Source: the human T2T-CHM13v2.0 reference genome, Homo sapiens. From it: a DNA stretch of 64,000 nucleotides. The translations under genes were made by a program, and so were the position numbers. The stretch lies in assembly GCF_009914755.1 (NCBI RefSeq), contig NC_060942.1. The stretch is one strand, 5' to 3'. This document shows positions 29,506-44,868 of this stretch, piece after piece; position 1 is the first letter of the stretch, and every line of letters starts with the position of its first letter. Below the pieces are notes generated by a model that saw nothing but the letters and a program-made list of their open reading frames with translations, ran no database searches and had not been told where the DNA came from.

Positions 29506-30539
29506 ATACTTAAGTCTAACCAATCCCTTTGGTGGACATTTTGATTGTTTCTGGATTTTCTGTTATTGATGGGACCAGGAACATTTTTGCATGTAGATAC
29601 TTTGAAATTGTTTTCTTAGGAAAATCTCAGCAGTAGCAAATGAAGACAGGACTTCAGGAAGAGGGGCCACTCTTCTACCTCTGTCCTCTCTGGAGGGAGA
29701 CACACAGCACTTTCAAGCCATCTCACAGAGGGCGACTGGTTGTGATTTCTCAGGCCCTTTAAATACCTCTCCTCTGCTCCTTCTGCTTCTGCCTTCATTT
29801 CCTCCCACTCTCCTTCTCAGTGCCTTTCCTCAGCCCAAAGCTGTCCCTTGGACTCCTCCTGAACATCTGTCTCCCCCAAAGGCTCTCATCTGAATGATCC
29901 AGCTTTTCACTCCTGGCTCCTTTCTGAAGATCTGTCCTGAAATGCAGGAAGCGGGGAGGGGAACAACACATATTTGAATCCTATCAGCCTCTTGATCTGG
30001 TGTCTTATCTAAATATTATTTCTTGTCCTACTTACATCACAAGCCCATAAGGCATAGGCCATGCCTTTACATGTGTCATAGAGAACAGAGAATGCAGTTG
30101 ACTCTTGGCAAACGTGTGTTGTTGTTGTAAGTTGTTAATAATTGGAAGATGTGAGTAGATGTTCTGGGGAGGTAAAATCAGAGCTAGAAACAAGGGGGGA
30201 CTTTCTGGGAAGATCATTACGGAAAGTCTTCACAAAAAGGGGGTGATTCTGAACTTTCACCCATGTTTTTGGAAAAGTGCCCAGGGCTTTTGCTCCTGGG
30301 AGATATTGGCATTTGGATGGGTGCTTGAACGGAGGGCTGTCCACTTGAACAAAACTTCGTGGGGCATTTTGAACCCTGCCAAGTTAAGTTCAGGGCCATA
30401 GAAAAGACAGTGACAGGCAAATACCTCTGGGATAAGCCTTTAGTGACTTTGGGTAATGGAACTGGAACTCTCATCAATTCCTACGTTTTATAATTTGTAG
30501 TTTGGGAATTGAGGTTAAATGTTAGAGAGGATTTTTCTT

Positions 30540-31012
<473 letters not shown>

Positions 31013-31410
31013 GTTTTTCAAGTATAAAACATAACATTGGGTCAAGCCAGTGGGCTGGACCATCCATTCATTCTCCATGGCTTCAACAAAGGGTAAATAT
31101 TTTGTCCTTTTTGACTTTATCATAAGATATTAGTGATAACCTCCCTTAATAACTTTAGCTAAGGTCTTCATTAGTAAATAGAAATCACATTAAGTAGATT
31201 AGAAACCAAAATCCTGTCTGGTAAGGGCCTTTCACATCAAATGTTAAAACAATTTAGGTGAGTAGGATGTTTCTATAAATGGGTTATTTCTAATGCAGAA
31301 TCTGTTTTTACATTTGAAATGTGGTGATGCTTATTAATTTACTACTATTTTTATACAGATTTGCTTATGAGGTATACCTGTAACTATTTACATATTGTTC
31401 TACAGTTTAA

Positions 31411-31713
<303 letters not shown>

Positions 31714-31753
31714 TAATCATGAGCTGACAAGTGCTTTAACATACATTTTCTCA

Positions 31754-32058
<305 letters not shown>

Positions 32059-32656
32059 AACATTTTCTCTTTATTCTCACAACTTGTGAAGCAGACAAAG
32101 ATCTGCTTCTGTTTCACACAGGAAGACACTGAGGCCAAAGAGTTTAAGTGATTCAGTAAGTTGTTGAGTCAGGATTGAAAGGCAGCATTAGATATTTGTC
32201 CAGTGTCGTAACTATCTCCCTGATATGGGAAATGATGATGATTTCAGCCTTTTTTAGTCTTCATGAGTATTCTGTAATTGTCTCCTGTTGGTCCCTTATT
32301 GTCTTTCTGTCTTGTGGATATCGTTCTTGTGTTGTTAAAATTCCAGAGAAACAACTGGACTTTGAAATAGTCAATAAATGAGGCACAGAAATGGAAACCT
32401 CAGGTATTTTCATAGATCTGGAAGAGGGTAGGGAAGAAAGACCCAGTTAGTTGAAAGTATCCGTTAGACACCATGGGAAGCCCACATGAGGCATTTACAT
32501 GGAAGTTCTGGCGTGTGGGCTGAGGAGAGGTGACACTTCTGGGTTGTTTTGGAATGCTGTATCTGCTCCAGAAATGCTCAAAAACTGCAGTGGTAATGCC
32601 GATTTGAGTCTCCAGTAGATTTAGGCTCTTCTTGGTACATTTTGGTGCCCTAGCAG

Positions 32657-32667
32657 GAGAGAGAGGC

Positions 32668-32703
<36 letters not shown>

Positions 32704-32716
32704 CGACAGACAGACA
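32657..32716. repeat. (GA)n/(GACA)n microsatellite
   Basis: Directly visible. Confidence 0.9.
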
Positions 32717-32777
32717 CTCATCATTTTTGTAGATTGCCAGTAGGTAAACACAAGTGTTTTATTAAACTATGTATCAA

Positions 32778-33348
<571 letters not shown>

Positions 33349-34494
33349 TAAAGACTAACTTGTCCTCTAATGTATTACAGATGCTGGGTTTACTCTTTAA
33401 TTGGTAATAAAACTTTTTTTCTACTTTTTAAATTGTGGTAATATATACCTATATAAAATTTACCATTTTAACCATTTTTAGGTGTACAATTTAGTGGCAT
33501 TACATTCAGACAGTCTCGCTGAATGCGTGTTTAGGCAGGGAGTGGACCCGGGCAGGGCGGCAGGGCTGGTGTGGGGCTGTGTGAGTCTCCCCAAGGCTTG
33601 GGTCGGCTCCAGGTCTGGATGCCCCCTGCACTCTGCACAGTGCAGGGAGCAAGGAATGAGTGAGGAGGGGTGAGAGCGCAGTCACACAATTGTTGCCTGG
33701 CTGTTCTGTGAGCAACTGACTCAGACATTTATTTGTGTCATCTCTCTCCTCTGTTTTTATTTCACTGGCTCTTAGCCCCATCAGTTCATTTTCCCTGGGA
33801 AGCAAAGGCTGGGGTTCTTATTCATTTTGTTGATGTCATTCTTTTGAGCTGTGAGCGCATCAGTGGCCGAGAGAACCATTCAGACGTCCTTCGTACCATG
33901 ATCGGAGGTTCATGACTCAGGTCTTCTGGCACGTGTGGATTAAGTGTAAACCTGAAGTCAGTGATTTTAATGCATTCCTTCAAATGAGTAAGGTCAGAAG
34001 TTTCGAAGGTTAGCCTCTGAAAGTCGTAAGTAGGGAGGACAAACAGACTTTAATAGAAATGGGAGGTCTGTATCCCCAGCTCTCTGAGATTGCTTCTTCA
34101 AACTGCTGGTGGCTCTTGTCATTTATGGTGCCATCACCATGAAGCTGGTAAGCAGGAGAATTGCTGGAAAAGTGACCGGCCTGAAGCCTGGTGCCTGTGT
34201 TGGCAAATTCAGTTGCAGAGAGATGGTTTGAAATTCATGTATTCATTCATTTGTTCCTTCAACAAACATGCACTGAGTGTGTGCCAGAAATTGTGGTGGT
34301 CACTGGAGTTGTAGTGGTCCCTGGAGGATGTCATCTTCTCCCAGAGAAGGTTTATTATAAGAGGTTTCTAATATACAACTTCTCAGGCAAATGACTCTTA
34401 TCCCTAATTCTGAATTTTATTATTTAATTCCTCTGAACCTATTCAGCTTGCAGGCATCAAACAGGCACAAGTTTTTAAAATATCTGAAAGCTCT

Positions 34495-34805
34495 GGCCAG
34501 GCACAGTGGCTCACACCTATAACCCCAACACTTTGGAAGGCCGAGGCAAATGGATCGCTTGAGGTCAGGAGTTTCAGACTAGCCTGGCCAACATGGTGAA
34601 ACTTCGTCACTACTAAAAATACAAACATTAGCCAGGCATGGTGGTGCATGCCTATAATCCTAGCTTCTTGGGAGGCACCTGTAATCTTAGCTATTTAGGA
34701 GGCTGAGGCACGAGAATCACTTGAAGCTGGGAGGTGTAGGTTGCAGTGAGCTAAGATCATGTCACCGCACTCCAGCCTGGGCGACAGAGGGAGACTCTGT
34801 CTCAA

Positions 34806-34860
<55 letters not shown>
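34495..34860 (+). mobile_element. AluS with ~27-bp internal tandem duplication and (TAA)n tail
   Basis: cctataatcctagcttcttgggaggc/cctgtaatcttagctatttaggaggc; TSD AAAA(T)ATCTGAAAG. Confidence 0.92.
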
Positions 34861-34986
34861 AATCTGAAAGATCCTAGGCTGGCTGACCTCTAAGTTATAG
34901 CTCATAAAGTAAACTATTGGCAACCTGGAGGTTTTCTGGTGGGCACAACTAGATGCAACCACTTAGGGGCCAGAGATTTAATTTAG

Positions 34987-37204
34987 CCATCTGTCCGTCC
35001 ATCCATCCATCCATCCATCCATCCATCCATCCATCCATCCATCCACCCTTCCACCCATCCACCCACCCATCCATCCATCTGTCCATTCGTCCATCCATCC
35101 ATCCATCCATCCATCCATCCATCCATCCATCCACTCATCCATCCATCCACTCATCCATCTACTCATCCATCCATCCATCCATCCACCCATCCATCCATCC
35201 ATCCACTCATCCATCCATCCATCCATCCATACATACATACATACATCTATCCATACATACCTACATACATACATCTATCCATCCATCCATCCATCCATCC
35301 ATCCATCCACTCATCCATCCATCCATACATACATATATCTATCCATACATACCTACATACATACATCTATCCATCCATCCATCCATCCATCCACTCATCC
35401 ATCCATCCATCCATACATACATCCATACATACATCTATCCATACATACCTACATACATACATCTATCCATCCATCCATCCATCCATCCATCCACTCATCC
35501 ATCCATCCATACATACATACATCTATCCATACATACCTACATACATACATCTATCCATCCATCCATCCATCCATCTACTCATCCATCCATCCATCCATCC
35601 ATACATCCATACATACATCTATCCATACATACCTACATACATACATCTATCCATCCATCCATCCATCCATCCACTCATCCATCCATCCATCCATACATAC
35701 ATCTATCCATACATACCTACATACATACATCTATCCATCCATCCATCCATCCATCCACTCATCCATCCATCCATCCATACATACATCTATCCATACATAC
35801 CTACATACATACATCTATCCATCCATCCATCCACTCATCCATCCATCCATCCATACATACATCCATACATACATCTATCATACATACCTACATACATACA
35901 TCTATCCATCCATCCATCCATCCATCCATCCACTCATCCATCCATCCATCCATACATACGTCCATACATACATCTATCCATACATACCTACATACATACA
36001 TCTATCCATCCATCCATCCATCCACTCATCCATCCATCCATCCATACATACATCTATCCATACATACCTACATACATACATCTATCCATCCATCCATCCA
36101 TCCATCCATCCACTCATCCATCCATCCATACATACATACATCCATACATACATCTATCCATACATACCTACATCCATCCATCCATCCATCCATCCATCCA
36201 TCCATCCATCCACTCATCCATCCATCCATCCATCCATACATCTATCCATACATACCTACATACATACATCTATCCATCCATCCATCCATCCGTCCATCCA
36301 CTCATCCATCCATCCATCCACACATACATCTATCCATACATACCTACACACATACATCTATCCATCCATCCATCCATCCACTCATCCATCCATCCATCCA
36401 TACATACATCCATACATACATCTATCCATACATACCTACATACATACATCTATCCATCCATCCATCCATCCATCCATCCACTCATCCATCCATCCATACA
36501 TACATCTATCCATACATACCTACATACATACATCTATCCATCCATCCATCCATCCATCCACTCATCCATCCATCCATACATACATCCATACATACATCTA
36601 TCCATACATACCTACATACATACATCTATCCATCCATCCATCCATCCATCCATCCATCCATCCACTCATCCATCCATCCATCCATCCATACATACATACA
36701 TCTATCCATACATACCTACATACATACATCTATCCATCCATCCATCCATCCATCCACTCATCCATCCATCCATACATACATACATCTATCCATACATACC
36801 TACATACATACATCTATCCATCCATCCATCCATCCACTCATCCATCCATCCATCCATACATACATCCATACATACATCTATCCATACATACCTACATACA
36901 TACATCTATCCATCCATCCATCCATCCATCCACTCATCCATCCATCCATACATACATACATCTATCCATACATACCTACATACATACATCTATCCATCCA
37001 TCCATCCATCCATCCACTCATCCATCCATCCATCCATCCATACATACATCTATCCATACATACCTACATACATACATCTATCCATCCATCCATCCATCCA
37101 TCCATCCATCCACTCATCCATCCATCCATCCATACATACATACATCCATACATACATCTATCCTTACATACCTACATACATACATCTATCCATCCATCCA
37201 TCCA
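34987..37204. repeat. 2.2-kb compound (TCCA)n/(TACA)n VNTR with 22 higher-order units
   Basis: Core TCTA-TCCA-TACA-TACC-TACA recurs 22 times (a few copies with single changes) between ~35246 and ~37175. Confidence 0.97.
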
Positions 37205-39872
37205 ACAGGCATTGACTACGTTTGCAGGCACTGGGAATGTTTATGAGGGGAGACTCATATGTAACATTTCCCAGTCTAGTCTAACTATGGAACCCCACGT
37301 ATTCCATGGAACAAAGTTTGAGAAACACTAAAATGTGGGGGTGCAATACTCTTACCTTCTTTTTAGGACCCCTCTCATAAAACCTCACCTCACTAGGCTT
37401 TATATCTCCTAGGGTATTCTGGAAAGAGTGAGATTTTGGTAAACCATGGCTAGAATTTGTTATAGCCATGAGATGTCTGAAAGCTCACATTTCTCCAATG
37501 ATTTGAGGAGTTGAACTTTTAGTTTCGATGAAAAGACTAGAGAAACAGGTATCCTGAGTATGTCAGCCCTCCCCTTCTGCGTTTTCTAGACAAACAAAAG
37601 CTGCTACCTTTCTTTCATGCGGAGCCACCTAGCCTCTGGCCTCACACCTGGGCTGTTTCATCTCAGGCAATGTCTGAGTATCTGATTGACCTGCCTTTCC
37701 ACTCTCTGCCTCCTACTCCCAACTGGGATCCGGGGATTTGTGAACACACATGTTTGGGGAGAAGGCAGGAGTTGCACTACCACCTGGAGGCTGGGCAGGC
37801 ACACCCCTGTGGTGTTTGTGTTCGTGTGCCTGTGTCAAGGTCCTGGCCGGAAGCGCCTCTCCTGGGTTAGGTTTAGCGTGCTGGCAATGCCTGGCGAAAT
37901 CAAGCTCCTTTTTTCTGGGTCCCCAGCTTTCATCCTCTCCATGAAGTCACTTTTCTTATCGCATCCTAAATGGAGTGATGGGGTGGTAGGGGAGGGGAGG
38001 AGGAAGGATATGTCCCTTTGTGTGTTCCTGGAGGGTCACAAGTCTTAAAGGTCTCCTCTGCTGAGGGGGCACTGCTTCCTGACACCTTGCTGGCTTTGCT
38101 ATCAGGTTTCATAGCAGGAAGAAATAGCTTCTCCTGCCCTCCCACAAACATTCCAAGGTGTGGAGATGCTCTTAGCATACAGCTATGCAACAAAAAATAA
38201 GAAGAGAATGGCTTCCAGCCCCTTTCTATTTAGAGGAAGTAGAAGTGTGAACCTACCAACCTTCCCTATACTTGTAAAAATTGCCTTAAAAAATACAAAT
38301 GGCTTAGCGGTCCTGTTTAGTAACTTGCTGAGTGGCACGCTTAAAGAGCCACTTGGATTCCACCATTTTATTTTCATGTATGTGTGTGTGTATCATCATC
38401 ATTATCAAAATTAGATAATATATGTGAAAGTGCTTTGTAAACAGCAGAAGAAGTAGGTATATGAGATTATTGTTGTTTTTGCCCTGTTACTAAAAACATC
38501 TCTTAAAGCTCTGCTTTTTGTGAGGCATCGTGGCAGATTCCTTTCTAAGGCTGGCTTTCACAATTAAATGTAAATAGATGCCCAGATGATGGAACTCTGC
38601 AGGCCCTCAAAGCCAAAATCTCTCTGTCATGTTACCTAAATTCCCATCATCTGTCCTACTTTAATGTCAACTGGGATGGGATAACTATTAAGATGTTAAT
38701 CATCATGTCTCTTATTTGAAAATTTAGCAGAGAGCAGAGCTTTGAGGCACTGGGGCACAGGACAGGTGTGTTTTGAAATAGGGGAGTGGGGAAGAGAAGC
38801 AGATGACACAGGCCAGTGGTATTCCACAACACTGGATGCCAGAAACGCAGCACACAAAATAAAGGAGAAGGAAGAATGAAGCCCTCACTTGCTCTATGAA
38901 TTTTCTCTGTTGTTCAGTTTGAGTGAATCTGACCAGATCATTGCCTTTTAGAAGCATATGACCAATGATACAATAAAGGTATCGGTAAACATATTGAAGA
39001 CATTAACAAATACCTATGTTTAAGTATTTCCATATTGGTAAATGCAGTCTGTGGGGTGCTGAGTGATGGGGAACTCTGTGAAGTTCATATTTGGATAGGG
39101 TTCCTGAAAACTTTCCTATTTCCTGGGAAATCAGGAATTGTTACCTGGACGCAGTAGACTCCAGGAGCCCTCAGAATGGCAGCACAGAAGACTCTTTTGC
39201 AGTCAAAAGTGTCTAGATGAGGGGCAGGGGATTCCAGGCATAGGGGGAGGCTAAAGAGAGGGCTTGGAGGGTGGAAGAGAAATCTGTAGGTTGATCACTG
39301 ATCTATAGGGAAATCTTGCATACATCACCAAGACGCTGTTCTGTGTTAACACGGGAGGATAGTAATGTGTTGTAAGAAAGCCTAGCAAATATATTCTACT
39401 TTCCCTAAAATCAGCACAAATGACAGGTCCTTTAGTGCACTTGGAATCTCACTGAAGGCCTCAGGAGGAAGCATGTGCCTTCTGAGCAGGCTTTCCATGC
39501 AAGTGAAAGTGTAGTTGCTAAAGATCTGAGCCATCAAGTCTGGTATGAGTTGACACAGTGCTGCTGTGTGCTGTGATTTTGGCAAAGGCTCTGGATCCTT
39601 CTGAATATCTTGTTTGCAGGATAGTTCCTGAACCCATGCAGTTTACACCCCGTGGGAGAGGAGCTGCCACTCACCGGCTGGTTGCTTGAGTAAGATAGTT
39701 TTTATTTCTCTTGAACTTTGAATAATTTTTAGCTGAATTAACCTTGAGGGGGTCATTTCTTTAAAATTCATGAATATGTTCATTAAAAACAATTTCCAAA
39801 TTCAATAAGACATTAAAAACCATCAGGATTCTACAGATTTGGGGGTTTGACCAGATTCTGCCTTTGAGGAAG

Positions 39873-40183
39873 TTTGTTTGTTTATTTATTTGTTTACTTA
39901 TTTTGAGACAAGTTCTGGCTCTATCACCCGGGCTGAAGTGCAGTGGTGCCATCTTGGCTGACTGCATCCTCCATCTCCTGGGCTCCAGTGATCCTCCTAT
40001 CTCAGCCTTCTGAGTAGCTGGGACTACAGGCATGCACCACCATGCCTGGCTAGTTTTGTATGTTTTGTAGAGATGGGATTTTGCCATGTTGCCCAGGCTG
40101 GTCTTGAATTCATGAGCTCAAGCGATCCACCTGCCTCAGTCTCCCAAAGTGCTGGGATTACAGGCATAAGCCACCGCGCTTGG
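39873..40183 (-). mobile_element. AluJ
   Basis: Antisense Alu with (TTTG/TTTA) tail; TSD AGGAAGTT. Confidence 0.9.
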
Positions 40184-40579
40184 TCTAGGAAGTTGATTCT
40201 TAGGATTTTGGAGGATGGAGATGGAAAAGTATGTTTAAATTCTGAGGCTCAGAGCTGTAATTTATAATCATGATTCCCAAGTGGTTAAAATTTCAGAATA
40301 TCCAAAGCTATTATTTTCATTAACTTATAATTATTTATTGATAGATGCCTGGGTTCAAGCCAATACTTCAGAGTGAATGCACAAAAACCAAGGAAGACCT
40401 AGCTCCTTACTTCAAGGATCTTATAATAACAAACCAGCCCAATGTTGAATACTCATTGAACGTCTGCCATATTTGCAGTGTTGCTGTGGGAAATACAAAA
40501 GAAATCTAAGTCTTTGTTTTCCAAGAATTTGTGGTCTAGTTGGATATTAAGATCAGTACACAGGAAACAATGGGGCCAA

Positions 40580-41350
<771 letters not shown>

Positions 41351-41797
41351 AGGGTAGGATAAGGGAGGAGGGTAGATACTAGAAGGGGAACATGGGTACA
41401 ATTGAAAAGGGGTGAATGGATGCTGATTGACAAACAACTATGCTCACTATGGGATCCAAGCAAAATATTAAGATGTCATTGGGGAAATTTTGCCATCTGT
41501 AACCACAACTGCCTTCTAACAATGGTGGGCATGGTTATATGGACAACATCTTGCTGGTGCCATCTTGGGAAACATGCCAGTTTTGGAATATGAGGTAATA
41601 GGAGCTGAACAGCCCTACAGAAGAATTTGAAGAGTGGGGGTTGGAAGAGGAAAAACCCAATGAGAAAGAGAGGAGCCAGCAGAGCTGGGAATTTCATGGG
41701 GCAGGAGCTGAGACAGAAATGCCTGGTGAAGTGGAGGTGGTGTGGTTGATGAGAAGGTTTCAGAGAAATGTCTAATAAAGAGTTTGAAAGTTGCTAG

Positions 41798-42174
<377 letters not shown>

Positions 42175-42739
42175 CTACATTGTTCAATATTCCTTTTGTG
42201 AGAGTGGGTTCTTGGGAAATCTGAACAGCTCTTTAGTGTTACATGTGGGTCAACACACATCAGAGAGGACAATACCCCGTTTTGGAAATGGGGCAGGTAA
42301 AACAAAAAAATTTAAACAGTCTCATCTCTGCACACACCCAAGTGGTGGAGTTTAGGAATATTCTGCAGTTATGCTCTTCCTCTGTAGTTTGCCTTTTTTG
42401 TTGCTATTATTTTCCCTTCCAAATAAGCTCTTTTTCCAGGGAGGCCTTAAGAGACAGAGATATTGTCGATCCTCCCCAGACCTAAACCTAAAACCTCTTG
42501 GTCTCTCTCCTCCAGAGGGACAGACAGTGGCCCAGGGGGAATGACCAGCAGAGGGGCATCTTCCATCAGTAGAGCTTGGCTCTGATGCCTCTCAGACACG
42601 CTGATGGTTTTCGATGAGGGTTGTGGTTTCATCACAGTGTATCAGGGGTGACAGAGTTTCCTGGTCTGGCCAGGGCTGTGCGTACACAACATATCCGTAT
42701 GCAAAAATCACTGTTCTCATCTTGGCTTCACAGGGACAG

Positions 42740-42905
42740 TGGGATTACACGCCTTCCCTCATTTCCTCCTTACAACAGTTCTGTGTGGTGGGTACTAGGA
42801 TTACTTCCATTTTACAGTGAGAAACTGAGGCTGGGAGAAATTCAGGCCACATAACTAGTTGGGTGAATCCCAAATTCACTCTGAGCCCATGGTCTTAACC
42901 AGGCA
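42740..42905 (-). mobile_element. MIR
   Basis: ccattttacagtgagaaactgaggct core. Confidence 0.7.
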
Positions 42906-43962
42906 CCACATCACGTGTTGTATTTCTAGAGAGGTTTCCTGGCAGCTGAAATATGTGATGAATTAATAATAGGGGTGAGCTTGGGGCCTTGTGTTAATAA
43001 ATCAAGTTCCAACACCAAGGTGAAATTTTACTTATTAAAGAGCCATTTTTGTGCTTTAAGTCCACTGTCAACATCAATGAACATCTGCACACCGTCGTGC
43101 CGTGCACTGTTCTAGGTGCTGAGACCACAGACGTGCCCAAGGCAGACAAAACCCCTCAATTCATCCTGAGTAGCTTATTTTACCAAAAGAAATATGCAGG
43201 AATGTCTTTCGGGGCAAGGAAGTGAGAGAGTTTTCCATAGTTAGCATTCTTTCTTGGACTACCTTAACAGACTGATTTCTCTTGTTCTTGAGCAAAGTCA
43301 ACACCTTGTTTGCCCTCATTTTACTTATCCCCCCACCTCACATCAGAGAACGTGAGCTGGAAGCAGAATTCACCTGCTGTGCTGCTTGCCTTGGAGAAAG
43401 TTCATGACAACAAATTCTGAACCAGGGTATTGAGAGAAAGGTGGCAGGAGGGATAGTAGCCCCTCACTGCAGGCACATTGCACCACTGGGCACATTCGTG
43501 AGATCATGAATGAATGAATGCACTCATGAATGAAGGATGTGCCTTACCAGGAAGCAGGCAATGGTGAAACACATCCTGAACTTGATAGACTTAAAATGTT
43601 TCAGAAGTCATTTATCTCTTCTGAGATTTGCTCAGAAATTTCAACCATCCAGAAGTTTGGTGTGCTGTAGATCAAATAACAAAATGAACAATCTCTTATT
43701 ATATGACTTTATTGTTTACAGATTTTAACTCACATTACATCCGTTGTGTTTTAGAATTATATGATGTAACCTAAACTGTAAGGGATCATTCCCTCCACAC
43801 TTTACATAACTTGATTCAATTTCCTTTACCTTATATTAGCAGATTCAAAGAAGCCTTAAGGCGGATAGAACATACATGAATTCAAATTGTTTCCTACTCT
43901 ATTTTCTCCTGCTTGGCACCTGGGCAGCTTTATTCTGGAAACAAAATCTCTGTCTTTTCTGA

Positions 43963-44353
<391 letters not shown>

Positions 44354-44542
44354 TAAATATTGAAGATGCCTGGCAGAAAGCCAAACAGTATTACTCAAGT
44401 TCCCTAAATCAATGATTAAAGATTTTTAATCTTGTCTTTTGGAATGGCACACTGAAAGTGTAGCCTGTAAGAATGGCAGCCAAGCCTCATGTAGACATGA
44501 ATTGTGGGGTAACAAAAAGAAAAGTCTTTTCAGCAAAACTGA

Positions 44543-44868
<326 letters not shown>

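Noticed and set aside
34987-37204. CRISPR-like repeat-spacer appearance of the VNTR
   Set aside because: The spacers are variable counts of the same tetramers, not unique sequences; eukaryotic DNA with no cas genes.
34953-37331. 792-aa His/Pro/Ser/Ile-rich ORF with a genuine ATG
   Set aside because: Stop-free only because the repeat strand lacks G and TAA; all three frames are open, Kozak context is weak, and I see no promoter or splice context or domain.
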